A DNA stretch of 64,000 bases from Octopus bimaculoides (taxonomy: Eukaryota): positions 19,606,388-19,670,387 of the forward strand of contig NC_068997.1 in NCBI RefSeq assembly GCF_001194135.2, given 5' to 3'. This document shows, in pieces, positions 49,160 through 60,317 of the stretch. Positions within the stretch are counted from its first letter, which is position 1; the number at the start of each line of letters is the position of its first letter. The notes under the pieces were generated by a model. It worked only from the letters and a program-made list of their open reading frames with translations. It was not told where the DNA came from and ran no database searches. Both the position numbers and the translations under genes were made by a program.

Positions 49160-49600
49160 CCCTCTCCACACCATCAATGTTACCCAAGGGAAAGGCAAAG
49201 GCTGATACAGCTTGGCACCAGTGACGTAGCACCTCATTTCTATAGCTGAATGAACTGGAGCAATGTGAATTAAAGTGTTTTGCTTGCTCAAGAACACAAT
49301 ACACAACCCAGTCTGGGAATTGAACTAACTACTTCATGACTGTGAACCTGTGACTCTACCCACTGAGCCATGCACTTTCAATATATATTAAGGCAGTGAG
49401 CCGGCAGAATTGTTAGCACTCTGGGCAAAATGCTTAGTGGTATCTTGTCCATCTTTATTTTCTGAGTTCAAATTCTGCCACAGTCGACTTTGCCTTTCAT
49501 CCTTTCAGAGTCAATAAAGTAAGTACCAAACGAACACTGGAGTCAATGTAAGACTTATCCTCTCCCCTGACATTGCTGAACTTGTGCCAAAATATGAAAC
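49160..49600. mobile_element. family C (-, 49160-49380) and family B (+, 49390-49600)
   Basis: gggaaaggcaaaggctgatacagcttggcacc; gtcgactttgcctttcatcctttcagagtcaataaagtaagtacc. Confidence 0.8.
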
Positions 49601-50535
49601 CAATATTAATTTAGATTTTACGCAAATTAACGGCACACTATATCACTGGAGCTTATCATGTTTGCATCTAGTAGACTCAGTGGGATTTGATCTCAGAAGA
49701 ATGAGATATTGAATTGGATACAATAAAAGCATTCAGTCCCATGTTCTCACTTCATGGCCAACCTCATTCTTCACCAATCTTGTTCTTCAAAATACAGAAA
49801 AATCTTTGTTTGTTGATTACGTCTTAGTCAAAAAAAAAAAAAATCTGTGTAAATATGTAGAATCAAACTTTTAAATCAATTTGAATGTTTTTTTTTTCTA
49901 CTTATCAATTTTCCCCCCAAGCATCTTTAAGGAATATACGATCAATTTTTTGCATACTGAAGAGGATTCCAAGAGGATTCCAAGCATGTACAGGCTCTTC
50001 TCGAGTGGAAGATCTCACATTGAATGCAAGGCCGCACAAGTCAAGCATCATTGATTTATAATTTTATAGAAGAATTGAAAGTGCTGAACTTGATTATAAG
50101 TTTTCATCTGACTGCTGGGTGGTTTGTTAAAAATTCTAAAATATGGCTCCAGGCATCATCCAAGCAGCCACCCGGCTCTACCCTTTGACTTCAAGTTTAA
50201 GTGTTTATAGGTTTAAAACATACCACTCTTAAATATGGAGCTGCCGTATATATTTTTGTTTTGCATTTGTTTGCTTTTTTTATATTTTTTTGTTAAAAGC
50301 AATTTTAATTTTAAATGTAATTTTGCGGATAAATCTTTTGGGGTGTTTTTGAAAAGATATTTTAGAGTAGCTTCCCGTTGCTTTATCTATTAAAACTTGG
50401 TTATGTAATATAGTTAAGAAGTTTGCTTCTCAACCACATGGTTCTAGTTACAATTACGCTGTGCAGCACTTTGAGTTGACCAGTGACTTGCGAATAGAAT
50501 TTACAGATGCAGGTTCTGTGGAAATATATCGAGCA

Positions 50536-50571
<36 letters not shown>

Positions 50572-50739
50572 GATATATGTATATATGTGTGTGTCTATAT
50601 ATAAATATGTTTATATGTGTATAGCTTTCGTAGTTAAACAAGTGAAATAGAACTCAATACATGGGTATATATACACTTTTAATATTTTCAATTGGCATGA
50701 AGTTACAAACGAAAATATATATATATATATATATATAAA

Positions 50740-51066
50740 CATGAAGGTAAGTCAAAAATTATACACACACTCTTGCTTCTGTAATCTATTAAAACAAAAG
50801 CAAGTTTGAACAATTATGTCATTTTTTGACGTAGCCTCCTTGCATTTTGATGCACTTCTTACAGTAGTGCACAAGCTTGCATATTCCATTGGAGAAGAAA
50901 GTTGTTGGCTGGTTGTGCAGCCATTTATGCACTACTTCTTGCACTTCTCTGTCTGTGGCAAATTGATGACCTCTTAAAGATGTTTGAGCAGTCCAAGGAG
51001 GTGATGGTAAAAAGGGGAGAAATCTGGTCTGTATGCAGGGTGTTCCAGCAACTCAAAATCCCAGTT
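50740..51066 (-). pseudogene. mariner transposase C-terminal remnant plus 3' TIR
   Basis: WDFELLEHPAYRPDFSPFYHHLLGLLK/LRGHQFATDREVQEVVHKWLHNQPTTFFSNGICKLVHYCKKCIKMQGGYVKK* (stop 50821-50819, one frameshift); HPPYSPDL-type motif; TIR-like atgaaggtaagtcaaaaattat at ~50741. Confidence 0.9.
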
Positions 51067-51873
51067 ATTTTTAATGGTTTCAATGTATGTGTGTGGGGGT
51101 GGGGGTACATGGAGTTTCTTTTTATTCTTTATGAAGAAGATCAACAAACTATTTAAAAAAAAATACATAAAACATTTTTTTCGCCTTTCTTTAATTTCAC
51201 TGAGAAAGGGCAGGGCTTCTGCACAAAATGTTGATACTTTCAGTCTCCACATGGCTTAATGTAATGGCTTTGTTTTATTTTTAGCATAATTTTTTTTTTT
51301 TGGATTACTTTTACCAAATGCAGATCAACAAGTAGATTACTTGGATTCTAGATTTGTTACCTTTTTATCTATCTTTTTTAGTATATTTCTAAAAATGTCC
51401 TGTATAGTCTTGTTATCATTAACTTTATTGAGTAATTCTATAGAAGTGGTAATTCACTGAGATATATTACTGATAAAGGCAAATGGTTGGTGTTTGAAGT
51501 TTGTAACATCAATGTGGGAAGAATGTGATATTTTATTTTGACATCACAAAATGTCATGGAAGGTCAGCTTGTACTTTGTGTGATAGTAGCAATCTAATTG
51601 CAAGTGGATGTTGATTATAATACACACAACAGAAGCTGTGATTGTTTTTATTACTTATGTTTCATTATTGTATCATAAAAGAACGAATGTCATTGAATAT
51701 CTTTCTGAAAAATATCAAAATGACACAATCTATTTCAGTCTTTATTTCACAGATAATGAAGCAAATTTAATGCTAATTATTTGTTCACAAAATCTTATTG
51801 ATACTGACCATTGTTGCAATGCTAGCTAGATTACAACTAAACGTTTGTAATTGATGAAAATCAGTGAGGTCCA

Positions 51874-51910
<37 letters not shown>

Positions 51911-51915
<5 letters not shown>

Positions 51916-52220
51916 CAAAAAATATATATGCATGTATACACACATATATGTATATACTTTCATCTACATGTGTATATAGATGCATATAAGGGTACAGGAT
52001 GTTAGAACAATGAACTACAGACAACGAAACGAACACATAGGAAAACAGAAAGCCACTTGGAATTATTCATCAGCTGCCTCTATTCTAACTCGACGTTTTC
52101 GTTCCGTTGTCTGTAGTTCATTGTTCTAATGTCCTGTACCCTGATATGCATCTATATACACATGTAGATGAAAGTATATACATATATGTATGTATACATG
52201 CATATATATTTTTTGTATTA
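51911..52220. repeat. long inverted repeat (123 bp arms, 64 bp spacer)
   Basis: 51911-52033 is the reverse complement of 52098-52220 with about five mismatches. Confidence 0.92.
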
Positions 52221-52266
52221 TTACATCATTGAACGCACACGTCCATTTTGCAAGTAAGTCTGTACT

Positions 52267-52297
<31 letters not shown>

Positions 52298-53019
52298 GTA
52301 CAAAGAAATATCCTTATAGTTTGTGAGAACCTGACCTTTTAATTTCCTGTATTTTCACTCTTGGTGTTGTATGTTGCTTAAAGCTGGACTGGTTTTCTGT
52401 TGATATTATAGAAAAACAAAGCCTTTTTATACAGTCAAGCGATTAAACCTGTTAACAGATGACATTTGCTCTGTGTTATAATTTCGTTTATAAGGACTCT
52501 ATGCATCGACCTTTCCACTTATTTACAGAGATTTTATTATGAAAGATTAGTGAATCAGGTACAGTGATTGTAGTTCTGTTAATCCCAGGAAAATTGGTCA
52601 TTCTTGCTTCAAGAGCAAATTGACATTTTGTAGCTATTGTTCTTTTGGGAAATCTACTACTACTACTACTACTACTGCTACTGCTACTGCTGCTGCTGCT
52701 GTTGCCAAGTCATTAGGATACTGGATGATTAAGAGGTCAGTGAGTTATGTCCTATTACAGTCATTCTACTATATATATAGCTCAGATTGATACAGTAAGC
52801 TCTCATTGGTTAAGTCAACCTCACTGTAAGTATGCACCATGGGTTGGTATAATTCCCTACTATAAACTGTCTTTCACGTAAAACTTGTGAGTAATTTGCT
52901 GACTTGCTATTCTTTCCATGGGGGGAAATAGTCAACTTGTCTATGGTATAATTGTAACTCCACTTTAATCTGAGACTTCCAAGAACTGGTGGATGAAGTA
53001 TATTTTATTGTCTCTTTAA

Positions 53020-53148
53020 CCTTTAGCATGCTTAGGTGCATCATGGTGCGGTATGAATTTTCTCCCCTGTAGATACAGGTGCGTTGTGTCGCATTGAGAG
53101 GGGAGAAAACTTGTATGGTGACATGATGTGTCTACAGCATGCTAGAGG
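53020..53148. mobile_element. short piggyBac-type hairpin MITE
   Basis: TTAA at 53016-53019 and 53149-53152; TIRs cctttagcatgct / agcatgctagagg; internal ttttctcccct / aggggagaaaa. Confidence 0.8.
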
Positions 53149-53464
53149 TTAAAGAATGCTAGTCATTTATTCTGAGGAGATATTTATTCTTTCCTATACT
53201 TGCGAGGAGGGACATCTTTGGTATGTTATTTTATTGTTGGCATTGTATCTGGTTTCTCAGTCTGGCGTCAGCCAATCGGTTGTGATTGTTTAGATGCTGA
53301 TGAATTGGCTCAGCTGACTGGACACTCAGCCTATCTTGGCAACTGTACATTTTATCACTGAAGGCAAACACACACACACACACACACACACATACACACA
53401 CATTCACATACACACATGGATGCATGCATTTGCATGCAGAAATATATACATACAGGTACAGAGA

Positions 53465-53506
<42 letters not shown>

Positions 53507-54119
53507 AGAGGGAGGGTGAGAGAAAGAAAGAAAGAGAGGGAAACATTACATATACATACAAACATAACTAGATGCTCTCATGAATAAACAGAGAGGGAAA
53601 GAGAGAGAAAGAAAGTGAGAGAGAGAGAGAGAGAGAGGGGGAAAGAGATAAAGGAAGAGAAGAGAGTGATAGTGAAAGAGAGAAAGAAAGAGAAAACTAT
53701 TAAAGTGTCTGATGTCAAATAAGTCTATGACGAATCAGTGATGCCAAGTAGGTGGTGCCAAAATGGCTGTGCCAAAATATCTTGAACCCTCTTAACCTTA
53801 TTTGCTTAGATGACTCAGCCAAGAAATGAGTCTTTCACAATAATTTCTCTCAAAATCATTAAAAAAAAAACCCTATTCAAATCAGGTCTGCCTTTGTTTA
53901 ACAGCAGATGCACAACTACATAGTCATATCTCCACTATTTATATTGACCTTTCTTTTTTAGTCTCTTTATCAGCTTACTATCACTTATATCCTGTATGTC
54001 TAATGCCAATGTTTCATTGTCCCACAGTATCACATATTTTGCATTCACCTTTCATTAAAAAGGGCAGCAGTTACTGTCAGTAGCACTTTTTTTTATCAGT
54101 TACTGTCTGTTAATGAAAG

Positions 54120-54635
54120 TACATGACTCAGTGGTTAGAGCATCAGGCTCACAATCATGAGGTATTGAGTTCAATTCCCAGATCGGGCTGTGTTGTGTTC
54201 TTGAGCAAGACACTTTATTTTCATGTTGCTCCCGTTCACTCATCTGTAGAGATGAATTGTGACGTCATGGGTGCCAAGCTGTATAGGCCTTTGCCTCTCC
54301 CTTGGATAACATCAGTGGTGCGGAGAGAGAGTGGGGCGGGGGGTGGGGGGCTGGTATGCACGGGTGCCTGCTGGTCTTCCATAAAGATGAAGCCTGAAAG
54401 GAGTATGTTGTGTGGTGTGTGTGTGTGTGTGTGTGTGTGTCATTGTGTTTATATTTGTTCTGAAATCACCTCTTGACAACTGTAGTTGGTTTGTTTACAT
54501 CCCTGTAACTTAGAAGTTTGACAAAAAGGGCCTAATAGAACAAGTACCAAACTTTAGAAAGTAAAGAAGTACTGAGGTCAGTTTGTTCAATTAAAACTCT
54601 TCAAGACGATGCTCCAGCATGGTCACAGTCTAATG
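54120..54635 (+). mobile_element. family C SINE (54120-54400) and family A tail (54450-54635)
   Basis: tgactcagtggttagagcatcaggctc...gagttcaattccc...gtgccaagctgtataggcctttgcc; gatgctccagcatggtcacagtc. Confidence 0.8.
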
Positions 54636-54666
<31 letters not shown>

Positions 54667-55623
54667 TGTGCTTGCCTTCAGCTCCAAAGTGTGCTGTCTT
54701 CAAATATGCTGAATGTCCAACCGAAGCAAATCGTCAGCATCCAAGCAGCTGTGCCAAATCATCTCATCTTGGGGTAGAAGACCCTTTGCGACAAGGTGCT
54801 GCATTATTGGTGGAACCACATGTTTGCAAAGAAAACTGTCATAAATATGCAACTTCGTTGCCACTCAACCATTTATTTGCATCATGTTATGATGTTTTAG
54901 ACATGACCTTGACTTTCTGTTGTTTGCCAAAAAAAAAAAAAATACATCACCTCTTGCTCCTTATGTAAAAAGATTTCATAGATTTTTTCTTCTTCNNNNN
55001 NNNNNNNNNNNNNNNNNNNNNNNNNNNNNNNNNNNNNNNNNNNNNNNNNNNNNNNNNNNNNNNNNNNNNNNNNNNNNNNNNNNNNNNNNNNNNNNNNNNN
55101 NNNNNNNNNNNNNNNNNNNNNNNNNNNNNNNNNNNNNNNNNNNNNNNNNNNNNNNNNNNNNNNNNNNNNNNNNNNNNNNNNNNNNNNNNNNNNNNNNNNN
55201 NNNNNNNNNNNNNNNNNNNNNNNNNNNNNNNNNNNNNNNNNNNNNNNNNNNNNNNNNNNNNNNNNNNNNNNNNNNNNNNNNNNNNNNNNNNNNNNNNNNN
55301 NNNNNNNNNNNNNNNNNNNNNNNNNNNNNNNNNNNNNNNNNNNNNNNNNNNNNNNNNNNNNNNNNNNNNNNNNNNNNNNNNNNNNNNNNNNNNNNNNNNN
55401 NNNNNNNNNNNNNNNNNNNNNNNNNNNNNNNNNNNNNNNNNNNNNNNNNNNNNNNNNNNNNNNNNNNNNNNNNNNNNNNNNNNNNNNNNNNNNNNNNNNN
55501 NNNNNNNNNNNNNNNNNNNNNNNNNNNNNNNNNNNNNNNNNNNNNNNNNNNNNNNNNNNNNNNNNNNNNNNNNNNNNNNNNNNNNNNNNNNNNNNNNNNN
55601 NNNNNNNNNNNNNNNNNNNNNNN

Positions 55624-55674
<51 letters not shown>

Positions 55675-55677
<3 letters not shown>

Positions 55678-55965
55678 GGTGGGCTTCTCTCAGTTTCCGT
55701 CTACTAAATCTGCTCACAAGGTTTTGGTCAATCCAAAGAAGACACTTGCCCTAGGTGCTACACAGTAGGACTGAACCCAGAACCATGTGGGTTGAGAAGG
55801 AAGCTTCTTACCACACAGTTTCCGTCTACCAAATTCACTAACAAGACTTCGGTTGGCCCAGAGTTATAGTAAAAGACACTTACTTGCTGAAGGTGCCATA
55901 CAGTGGTACTGAACCCAAAACCATGTGGTTGCAAAGCAAGCTTCATAACTACACAGCAATGCCTG
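55675..55965 (-). mobile_element. two tandem family A heads
   Basis: cagtttccgtctac..aaat...ctgaaccc...accatgtgg...agcttc.ta.c.acacag repeated twice. Confidence 0.8.
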
Positions 55966-56799
55966 TGACTAAATTGTAGCTTACTCCTGTGTAGTGACTG
56001 ATGTGCTGATATAACATCACAAGGTTAAATTTTGTGCTGAAATTGCAAATACTGCAGTGAATTTTGTAGACCTATCCAACCCACACTTACTCAAAACAAA
56101 TTTTCTTTTTTAAATGTTAGAACAAAATCTACAAACACCGAACTCTAGATTCACAGAAGAAACGACATGAAATTATGATATTTTTTTTATATTCTTTCTC
56201 GAAGATATTAGTGAAATGGAATGACTTCATCCACAAAATATCCACAAAATGAAAATGTTTAGTAATTATTTTTCCTCTATTGCTGTCACAAAAATTTAAA
56301 TTGGTACTTTTTTTTCTGTTTTTCGACTAAGGACAAAACCAATATTTTGAGGGATAAAAATTCATAAAATTAGTTCATGTACCATGAAGAGAGGTGGGTT
56401 TTGGTATTTTATGCTGGGCCTTTCTTCAAAGAAATTAGAAATGTATTGGAAAGCTGTTAATTAAATTCAGTACAGGAACTTTATTTTAATACACAAAATT
56501 TTATTAAATTTCCTTTTTTTTTTTTTTGCTACTGTTGATACAAACAATCTTTAGTTCTTTTGGGCTACAGATTTTCCTTTTTTTCCTTTCTCCTTTTTCT
56601 TTTCTTTTTTTTTTCTTTTTGCTAGAAAAATTCATTGAATTGGTGAGCCACACTGATAATCTAAAGATTGTCAGGCAAAATATTTGAACACAGCAGTGAA
56701 GCAGTAAATTCATCAAACCTCATTCTCAGCATTGTCACATATCTCCATTAGTGTCGAAGTTAGATACACTATGGCTGAAAAATGATTTGTTTTTGTTTT

Positions 56800-56965
56800 C
56801 TCATTTTGGTACAAAGCCAGCAATTATGAAGGCAGAGGTTCAGTTTGATTACACCTGCCCCATTACTTGACTGATACTGTATTTTACTGATTCCAAAAAT
56901 GTGAAAGGCAAAATTGATCTTGGCAGGATTTTAACTCACAACATAAAATTTCAGAAGAAATGGTC
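56800..56965 (-). mobile_element. family B remnant
   Basis: attttactgattccaaaaatgtgaaaggcaaaattgatcttggcaggattttaactc. Confidence 0.6.
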
Positions 56966-57190
56966 ACTAACTTGAAAAAATAGTACTTGATGTTCATGAC
57001 TGGAATGCCTTTGATTGGGACTAACTTGAGGTTAAGCAACTGCAACAACAACAATGCCTAACTTAGAATTGAAATCAAAGGGCAATTGAAGGCAATTCTT
57101 AAAAGGTTCAAATGGAACCAAAAGAACCGGAATAATCTTGGGCCAAGCTGTCAAAGTACAGCATGTCTTACAACAGACCAGACTCTAAAC

Positions 57191-57617
57191 CACTGGTTCT
57201 CAACCATTTTTTCTTTTTTACCTATGGACCCATTTGATTCCTATTCTGTTCAGTTGGACCCTCATAACCATTCAATGTTTTAACCCCTTAGCATGCTTTT
57301 TTATTCACGTTGTTTTGTAACCTTGAGAGTTTGTACAAAGTAACTGTTAATTTTTAGAATGACAATGTAGAGTTGGTGTGAGAGGCCAGACCTGACTAGT
57401 TTGAAAACAAAACAGGTAGAATATTTTGGCTGGATATGGCCGGTTTGAATGCTGAAGGATTAAAACTTGTATTATTATTATATTTTCATAATTAAATATT
57501 ATTAGGAATTATATAAAAATTTGTTAAAATGTTTTGTGTATTGTAGAAGTATAAGTGATTTATTGCACATAAATTTTAATAGCAAAATCTTATATGGACC
57601 CTAATTGAGAATCACTG
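57191..57617. mobile_element. hAT-Charlie-type MITE with nested piggyBac-type MITE (57284-57459)
   Basis: TIRs cactggttctcaacc / ttgagaatcactg; 8 bp flanks ctctaaac and ctctagat (NTCTAGAN-like); inner element flanked by TTAA at 57280 and 57460. Confidence 0.8.
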
Positions 57618-58374
57618 CTCTAGATCATTTGTTGAGTTTTCCAACATAACATTCTATTGTTGCCTTGCATTCAGCTTCCTTCTCTGGCATTGATGTCTTT
57701 GATGGCCAAATCTCCCAACTTGAGTGTATTTCAGTTTCTGATAGGTGAAAGTAATAATAGACAGAAACAGAGTGAATTAAAAGAGAATGGCTGGGGTTGT
57801 CTGAAAACATAATGGAACCATAGTACTAAAACAGCATGTACTACTTCCATTCTGAATGATATATTTTGGTACTCACCAAATAGAGAGAACTTCCATATTT
57901 GGGTGTATATAAAAGTATGGTTTTTATGAAGTGAAGTGAAATATAAAGCAATATATAAATATTGATTAAAAATCATTATTTTATTTTTTTTTTTTATCAT
58001 TTCAGAATAGAAAGAATTATTTTTGCTGTCAGGGTTTTATTTATTTATTTATTTCTTATTACTTGTTATTTTTTATTTCATTTATTTATTTATTTTTGCT
58101 TTTATTAATGGACTGCCATTTTTATTCCTGTTCTTATTTATCTGAGTAGAGCTGCTTAAGAGATCTAGGGTGGGACAGTTGAATACTGTTATAGGATTAT
58201 ATAATGTTTGTTGGTCCTATTTTAAGTATTTATTATATTAGATCATGTAGCTATATTGATTAAATTATTTTCCATTATTAAGCACTGTCACACGCTATAT
58301 CTTATGCTAGATAAAGCGGTTAAAACAGCCCACTATTTCAATTTCCACAATACATACATACATACATATACACA

Positions 58375-58416
<42 letters not shown>

Positions 58417-58759
58417 TCTATTCTTCGTTTTCTCCCACTTCTTTTCTTCTAATATATATTTGGAACAATAATTCCAAATGGTGCCTGGTCAGAGTTATAT
58501 TTATTTATTCATTTATTAAAATATATATATATATATATATTACCTCCCCACCACCTACAATTCTCATTATTACACAAGTTTAGAACATAAAAATAAAAAT
58601 AGTGCTTTCCGAATATTAAACAGAGCTTAATTGACTGGTTGTGTTCGTTGACTAAAAATATCAGGTGTTATTATATATAAATGATGTATGCTGACATTTC
58701 CAGAACTTTTTATTTATTACTTTTATTAAGACTTTAGCAAAAATGGTTTGTTGTTGCTA

Positions 58760-58761
58760 TT

Positions 58762-58800
<39 letters not shown>

Positions 58801-58985
58801 ACAATAATAATAATAATAATAATAATAATGATAATAATAATAGGCATAGGCGTAGGTGTGTGGTAAGAAGTTTGCTTCCCAACCACATGGTCCTGGGTTC
58901 AGTCCCACTGCATGGCACCTTGGGCAAGTGTCTTCTCCTATATCCTACAGCTGACCAAAAGCTTGTGGGTGGATTGCAACTGTTG
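58760..58985 (+). mobile_element. (TAG)n(TAA)n run followed by family A head
   Basis: ggcgtaggtgtgtggtaagaagtttgcttcccaaccacatggtcctgggttcagtcccactgcatggcaccttgggcaagtgtc. Confidence 0.85.
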
Positions 58986-59493
58986 TTGTGAAAAGGAGAA
59001 GTTGTTCTCCTGTGACATACACAACAGCAACTAACATATTCAGTGTTTGAATCTGTCAGAATGTATTAAGAAGGAATATGCAAGTCACCATTTCAGGTCT
59101 TGCCCATATTCAGTGCAGATAATGATTTTTTGAAATTTGTATAGATATATTAATACATTTATATAAGTCCAAATGCCATTTTCATTTCATAAGCTCCACT
59201 TTCTATATTTAGTATTGTTGTGTTTGGAGATTGTGTCAACTCAATTATCTATTTTTCACCTGTATTGTTTATTTTGAAAAAGATTGACTTTTATACTTTT
59301 TTCAAAAAAAAAAAAAAAGCCAAATGACATCAGCAGCAGTTTTCAAGAAGTGATGACTCAGATCACGACAACACATATAACCCATGTTGATATGGAAAGT
59401 GGGCATTAAAATGCTCTCGCTGCTGCTACTGGTGGTGTTATTCATAGGTACATATATATATTTACATATACCTACCTATATATATATATATAA

Positions 59494-59816
59494 AATGTTG
59501 ACCACTAATGTGGACATTCAATGTGCTAGAAATAGATCACATCTTGTGTCTACTAAGACCTAAATTGTTCTCAAAACGGAATTTGGCGGGATACCAAAGC
59601 GTAAGCAGGCAAGACATTTAAATTACCTAAAAAAATCATTATTAAATAGGTACCGGTTAGGGTTAGGGTTAATGATTTTTTAGGTAATTTAAATGTCTTG
59701 CCCGCTTACGCTTTGGTATCCCGCTAAATTCCGTTTTGAGAACAATTTAGGTCTTAGTAGACACAAGATGTGATCTATTTCTAGCACATTGAATGTCCAC
59801 GTTAGTGGTCAACATT
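59494..59816. repeat. near-perfect foldback (148/147 bp arms) with telomeric repeats in a 28 bp loop
   Basis: 59494-59641 vs 59670-59816: three substitutions and one A-run indel; loop ttaaataggtaccggttagggttagggt. Confidence 0.95.
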
Positions 59817-60317
59817 ATATATAAAAATATACTTTAATCCCCTNNNNNNNNNNNNNNNNNNNNNNNNNNNNNNNNNNNNNNNNNNNNNNNNNNNNNNNNN
59901 NNNNNNNNNNNNNNNNNNNNNNNNNNNNNNNNNNNNNNNNNNNNNNNNNNNNNNNNNNNNNNNNNNNNNNNNNNNNNNNNNNNNNNNNNNNNNNNNNNNN
60001 NNNNNNNNNNNNNNNNNNNNNNNNNNNNNNNNNNNNNNNNNNNNNNNNNNNNNNNNNNNNNNNNNNNNNNNNNNNNNNNNNNNNNNNNNNNNNNNNNNNN
60101 NNNNNNNNNNNNNNNNNNNNNNNNNNNNNNNNNNNNNNNNNNNNNNNNNNNNNNNNNNNNNNNNNNNNNNNNNNNNNNNNNNNNNNNNNNNNNNNNNNNN
60201 NNNNNNNNNNNNNNNNNNNNNNNNNNNNNNNNNNNNNNNNNNNNNNNNNNNNNNNNNNNNNNNNNNNNNNNNNNNNNNNNNNNNNNNNNNNNNNNNNNNN
60301 NNNNNNNNNNNNNNNNN

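Noticed and set aside
53163-53220. YTCEEGH (sushi/CCP-like) before a GTATGT donor
   Set aside because: The upstream half of any such domain would lie inside the piggyBac MITE, and the acceptor is weak.
54660-54900. 119 aa plus-strand ORF, and a minus-strand WFHQ/NAAPC similar to a DDD/E WFQQDxAxxH motif
   Set aside because: The ORF starts in a SINE tail and (GT)n, and the motif needs a frameshift without downstream support.
59655-59669. TTAGGG repeats as a chromosome end
   Set aside because: Only about two units, internal to a hairpin, with ordinary sequence on both sides.
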